NCBI RefSeq assembly: GCF_009914755.1
Contig: NC_060934.1
Length of the DNA: 64,000 nucleotides
DNA from: the human T2T-CHM13v2.0 reference genome, Homo sapiens
Reading direction: 5' to 3' (one strand)
In this document: positions 58,031 through 64,000 of the stretch, one piece after another
Layout of the letters: each line of letters begins with the position of its first letter
How positions within the stretch are numbered: the first letter of the stretch is position 1
Program-made: the position numbers and the translations under genes
The notes under the pieces: model-generated
Database searches by the model: none
What the model was told of the DNA's origin: nothing
Seen by the model: the letters and a program-made list of their open reading frames with translations, nothing else

Positions 58031-61000
58031 TGCAGACATTCGGATAATTATTTCCTTCCTCTTTATGCAGTAAGTTGCATTTTTACAGAGCCTGAAGGCT
58101 CAACTTAAAAAAATATATATTCAGAGTCAAATGTATTTGCATATGTCTTATTTCTTAAGAATAGTGTTTTATCTAAAGATTGATAAGATGGTTTTTCTGA
58201 CATCTTAAAGATTTTTTTAATAGAAAACTTTACTGTAAGTTTGGTTTATAATGTGAAATACAACTCCATCTTCTTTGGAGTCTGAATATAGTCTCCCTCT
58301 CTTCATTCACAAGTGAATGAGAAATGTGCTAACTTCTGCTCTTACAAATCCCATTTAGTGGGTGTTTCTAGTTAAACCACTTAACAACCTCATTTATTTT
58401 GTGGTGACCATCAAGTACAGCAACAATGCACACTAGTTCTTAAATTAAGTAACCCTTATTTGCAAAGTACAGAAGGTATCAAGCATGTAACCTCATGACA
58501 TCACTCTTGTATGAATAGACTTGCTGCACTGCGTAAGTACACGTATAGGACAAGTTAAATAACTAAATGCACTGTCGAAGCATCGTGTTATTGGCTATCA
58601 AATCAGTAATACAGAAAGTCAGAAACCAAACTCGGAAGAAGCGAGACCTGCCTCCAAGGCAGAAAATGGAGACAGAGAAGAACATTTGGTCAAGAAGAGG
58701 ACTGAGAAATGCCTGTTTTTAGAGAAACAGAAGACATGGGTCCACAATGCACAGGATTAGGGTCAGAAAAACATGAGAAAGACTACCTGACTTTCTACAT
58801 TTTCATTGACTACATGGAAATTATGATATCACCTTTCCTTGCTTTGCAAAGGTTTTATAAAATTGTGGTAATGAGCTCATTCTGAAAATGACCTCTCCTG
58901 AATTCTCCACAGCACTGTGCAAATTTTAAGTGCGTGTAGAAGATAGAAAAAAAAAAAAGTTATTCAAACCAGGGAGAAGATTCATTAAGGCTTTGAGTAT
59001 AGTTTTTCTTCTCCCTAACAGTGGAGTGTGGCATATTCATAGGAAGAAACTGAGTATAAATTTCCTGGAGTCCTAAAAGCCAGAATCTAAACAAAGAACT
59101 ACGAATGGAAGTGCCTTATTTTACGATTCTCTATTCCTCCGCCTTCTGACTCTTGCCTTTTCAACATTCCCAGCCCTCTGACAACTGAGAGAGAAGGGCT
59201 TCCATGCTCAGAGACCAGGAGGGCCTTCAGGCTTCAGTGAATGTCCCACTTTGTCCTTTTCTGACCTATTTGAAAGTCAAGGGTTGTATATTCAATTAGG
59301 ACATAACTGTTGAGCCACTAAAATCCCACTGTACATTCTCCACCTTCCTCTGCTTTGTATCTTTTCATAATCAGCAGGGAAGAAAAGTATGCTTCACTGC
59401 TACCATGGGGTGCTCTCAACAATATTTTTTCTGAACAAAATAAAAATATATTAATAGATAAGCAAGAAAATGGGGCCACCATAATGTTAAGTAAAGACAG
59501 TATGATCCCCAGTAAGAGATTTGAGGATAGCTCCTTGTCCCTTTCACTGTTCCATCCTGATATCTCTGCCATTTGTACCTGCTCTGTATGGATATTGGCC
59601 TGGGTGTTTAATCTGTCTCTTCATCTTTGAAGTTTCATCCACAAGAAGTTACTTTATCAGTGAACTTAAATTTCAACCTCTAAACATGTTACAGAATCAA
59701 ATTAAACTACAGATAATTTTGTTCTGAAAACTGAGTGTCATCTGTAATTGCAATACTGATAGGGGGAAAACACCCTAATTTTAAGCCCTTTGTTATGAAT
59801 CCATATCTTCTCTGTGAAATCAGAGTGTCAGTCTTGCATCTCGTGGAACCAAATAAAAAAAATGTATCATGCAGTTAGACAGGATATGACACTGACTCAA
59901 TAAGGCATTGGGGTGTGTAAAAAAATCACTGGTAAAGGGAAAAAGTATGAAAGTAATATTGGCTGACATTTTCTTGTTATTAGTGTTCTTTTTAATATCT
60001 AGCATTTTATGCCACTTTATTTTGCTTCAGAGTCTTATGATCAATAACATATAAACAAATCCCGGATTAGGAACTCACATTCTGTATTTTAAATGTCTGA
60101 TTTCTAATTTGCTGATCTACTTTCTCTGTTCTCTTCATTTGATTATTTGCCTAATTATATAGTTTAACCTATAAGGCTTTTCTAAATAAGACATGTTAAA
60201 TACAGTTGTATTGCTGTAATGAAAACTTAGTTGCAAAAGGATAGAGTTAGCTAAGTCTGTGCCATAGTTTTGCGCAGAGTGCAGGGTCCTATGTGTCACT
60301 TCATTTCACATTTGTGGTTGTTTAACAAATAATAAAATTTGTTTTGCCAGTACATTACATTTTAGGATTGCAAAAATTATCTGTTGGAATTTTTACGTGA
60401 AAGCGATTTTTAATTTTTTGCTATATTGTGTTCATCTTAGTTTCTTTATTCCTAAATACCTAACTTGGAATCTTCATATTTTCTGTCCTCAATAGTTTAA
60501 CTTTTTAACACCTAAGTATATAGATAAATACAAAACTTTCAAAAGATTTTATCAAAATGACTTTATTTTGTTATAATAGTTGTTACATGAAACTATCCAT
60601 AATTTTTCAAGATAAAACAGTGACTTTCCTAAATATACATGTAAAGTAGTCTTTACTCTTTCAGAAATGACCCCTTTTACAGGAATTTCTCCTTGAAATG
60701 TATATAGTAAGTTTAGCAATGTCTAAATACTTTTAGTCCCAAAACAAGATATAGCCTTACAAAATATCTTATGATTTTTGTTATGCATAATTTTACAAAT
60801 ATATTTAAAATGCTCTACAAAGCAGTGCTCTACTATTTATACTATAATCAATAAATGCTGTGTGAAACTTTTACAATCTGGTTTTCAAATCTTTTGTTTT
60901 TGCACAACTAACAAGCAAACTGACATTTTGCAAGGCTTTCCAAGCTGCACTGGTGATTACTATATCACTTAATTTTTATGAAATTTTGTTGTGAGAAGAT

Positions 61001-62157
61001 GCACAACCCAAGTCATGCAAACATAAACATGAAACACGGGTGAGCTCTTGGGTAGTGGGTAAATGTGAGACAGGAGGACTATTCATGGAACACACACAGA
61101 CACAGAGGTTATTATTGTTCAGCTAAGAATTGACAGGACATCTTATGAATAGAGCCCAAGTTGTAAGCATCAACCAGCAAACCAGCACTAATGCATTTTT
61201 TTTGTTGTTGTTGGAAAAATAGTGAGAGCCATGTGAGCAACAATCTTAGAAAAACTGTAATAACAAAGAGAATTAAGCCCTCCTGAGGTCATAGTTCACA
61301 CATGTTAAAATGCTTTTTTTTTTTAGCTTATCCACAATTAGATGGAATTAACACATTTTCATGGTGTTTAATGAAAAATGGCTAAAGCATACCTCCTTTA
61401 TTTTTAAGTGGATTAAAAACATTTCTGCAAAGTCTTGTCTTCCAAAATATGGAGAAAAAATAAGAAAGGAAATATCTCCTCAGGGAAAGCTAACTACTGT
61501 TTTAGTTAATAGTTTGCTTTAACTTAGAAAAACTTAATTCGGAAAAATATGGTGTGAATTTTGCATTTGGATGAAATTGAATTCTTTTGAGGGTTTTAGG
61601 TAATAGAACTATAAGGTATCTACTAGTTTCTCTCCTTTTCATAAATGTATATTATAAAAGTACACTTGAAGGAAACTAATCAAATCTGACAGAAAAAACA
61701 TTTTAAATGGTAATGTGATTTTTTTCCTTCAATGCAAATGAAAAATGGCTTTAAGTGAAGAAATTCAACTGAATGGGCATATGGCAAAAAAAAAAAAAAA
61801 AGAAAAAACAAAAAACAAACAAAAAAAACTAGACAAACAAAACTTTGAATGTAATACAGTCTTTTCCAGTTTCACTGACCTCTTTATTCAACATTTTAAC
61901 TAACATGTACCATATAAGTAAAACTAAATTTAGCAAATAGACATTGTCTAAAAATAATAAAATTGTAAAGAGTATTTTTTAATGAGTTTGCCAAAAATGA
62001 ACTAGAACATAAATTCAATCCTAAATTGTGTGTAGAGTATTATTTCATAAACTATATGCAAGTAATATTTTAGAATTCTAACATATAATGAATGATCAAA
62101 ATACATTCATATCAATAATGAACTATGGGATTTTAAACTTACTGCATACATACTATG

Positions 62158-62187
62158 ATTTTAGCAATGAGTATTTTAGCAATGAGT
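62158..62187. repeat. Perfect 15-bp tandem duplication
   Basis: ATTTTAGCAATGAGT x2. Confidence 0.9.
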
Positions 62188-63039
62188 GCTATGGAAAATA
62201 AGAGTGGCTTTGAAAGTTAAACTGTTAGATCAAACCAATTTCCCAAATCTGAAACGAAATCCAAATAATAGAGATAAGAGGGAAACCAGCCCTAGATTTG
62301 GTTTTATGTATTGATTAATTCACCCAAGGGAAGCAAAACAGGCTATGACACAGACATCCAGATTCATTTCCATGGGAAAGAGACGAGAGAAATGCGGTTC
62401 TCCTTAATTTAATGACTGAACACCCTCCTCCCAATATTTCCATAGGTAAAATGCTTTGTACAATTATGATCAGCAAAAGCACCCCGTTTTAAGAAACCTG
62501 CAAATAATGCATATTGGATGCCTAGAATCTTCTATACAGCAAGTGATGGCTCAAAGAAAATTTGAATCCGAATCTAAAGCATGTTACAGGGACAGTCAGA
62601 ATTCAGGGGCTATAGTGATGTATAAATGTAAACAAGCTATGACCCAAAAGAGAATGCAGGCTTGATGCATGTCTGTTTGTTGTCTTATTTTAATTTTTAT
62701 TTTTAAATGAGTATTTATCCAAATTATTCCAAAGTTAAATTCAGACTTTGTAATACTAAGCTACTGGAGAATATCTTTCCTATAACAAAGTTATACATTG
62801 CCTTACTTCTGGATCATTGATTTGGGGCTAGAGAAGAGAGACTATGATAATCGGAGGCATGCATAGATTATCCGACTAGATGAATGTTGAAAAGCCATTT
62901 CAGAAAAGGTCCCTGCAGGAAAAGTCATTGCAGGAAGAGGTATCCATTTCCACTTTCAAACAAACTCTGGAATGGAAAGAAAGGTCCGTGTAGACAACTT
63001 TGGTTTCTAATTCTCCCACTTTTCTGCATTTGTATTAAA

Positions 63040-63150
63040 CAGGGCAAAGAGACATGAGTTCTATTTCCAGCTCTACTACAAATTAGCTGTAGTGTCTTAG
63101 GCAAGTAACTTAATTTCTCAGAGCCTCGGGGCCTTCAAATTAAAAATGAA
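63040..63150 (+). mobile_element. MIR fragment
   Basis: GACATGAGTTCTATTTCCAGCTCTACTAC..TTAGGCAAGTAACTTAATTTCTCAGAGCCTC. Confidence 0.7.
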
Positions 63151-63212
63151 GAAATATTCTCTAAAGTGTCTAAAATTCTAGAGAAATATTCTCTAAAGTG
63201 TCTAAAATTCTA
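63150..63212. repeat. 31-bp perfect direct repeat (period 32)
   Basis: AGAAATATTCTCTAAAGTGTCTAAAATTCTA x2. Confidence 0.93.
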
Positions 63213-64000
63213 ATTAATGTTTTTGAATTTACTTATTCCATGCAAAAGTAATTTCAATGACTTTTTTATAATAATAGCATCTATTGCCATTTCAATATAA
63301 TATTACTTTATTTCATATTTATTTAATCATTTTAAGGTAAAAGTACCCATCGTAAACACAGATTCTTGTTAATAAGTTCTACACGCTGATTTCCTCCATT
63401 TTCCTCTTATCTACCAGTTCATACATGATTGTTTTCACAGTCACCAGCAACATTAATTTTTGTTGTTGTGGAAATAAATTTTTGTCAACTAGCAAAGTTA
63501 GAAAATTTTAAAGGCTTAATACTTGAATACTTCATTTAACCTCTTCATGCCTGTGTACTAAATCATTTGGCCTAAGTGTTTCATACAACTAAGCTTTGAT
63601 TAGAGCAGTTGAGTTGTTTCTCAAATAGAGGAATCAGAAGCTTGGGGATTTTAACATCAAAGAGCATGAACGAATGCTGGTCCTTTCACATATCCGGGAG
63701 TGATAATTGGCAGTTTTCCTTTTATTCATATGAACAAAACCAATTTGAGAATGATAGAGTTGAAAGACCACTGGGCTAGGAGGATAGAGGAGTTTCAGTC
63801 CTGACTTTGCTATCAATACCTCCTTAAAAGTTTATACTCGATTATCTTTAATGCCTACCGTAAATCTGAAGTGTTATGAGTATCATATATACATTGATAA
63901 AAATGTGCTATAACACAAAGTCCTAATTCTGTTTTTGAAAAGGAATAGTACTTTCTAAAAACTGACTTGAGAAGGGTCTCTTAGCTGAAGACCAACTATT

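Overview
This is AT-rich primate genomic DNA, almost certainly human: it carries a near-consensus AluYa5 and an LTR12C. It looks like gene-poor intronic or intergenic sequence. I find no credible protein-coding gene. The listed ORFs are chance frames or translations of Alu, LTR12C or low-complexity DNA. Most recognisable features are transposon fossils. These include about 14 Alu/FLAM elements, many with visible target-site duplications, and a decayed ERVL gag-pro provirus at about 2.4-5.3 kb. There are also solo LTRs (LTR12C, THE1/MST, MLT1, LTR16), old L1/HAL1/L2/MIR pieces, and DNA transposons (MADE1, MER44, Tigger4a). The most interesting signals are: (1) an intact CpG-rich LTR12C promoter pointing into the window, with plus-strand exon-like cassettes downstream; (2) two well-formed minus-strand exon candidates (36046-36223 and 25739-25833), the first overlapping a paired TCF/LEF motif and hairpin; (3) a dense STAT/ETS/RUNX/E-box motif cluster at about 46.1-46.35 kb; (4) a probably polymorphic AluYa5; and (5) several odd Alu structures and near-perfect micro-duplications. 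Together these could form a cryptic sense/antisense lncRNA unit. That is inference only, and nothing here proves a new biological system. Repeat subfamily calls come from remembered consensus motifs, and boundaries without a TSD are approximate.
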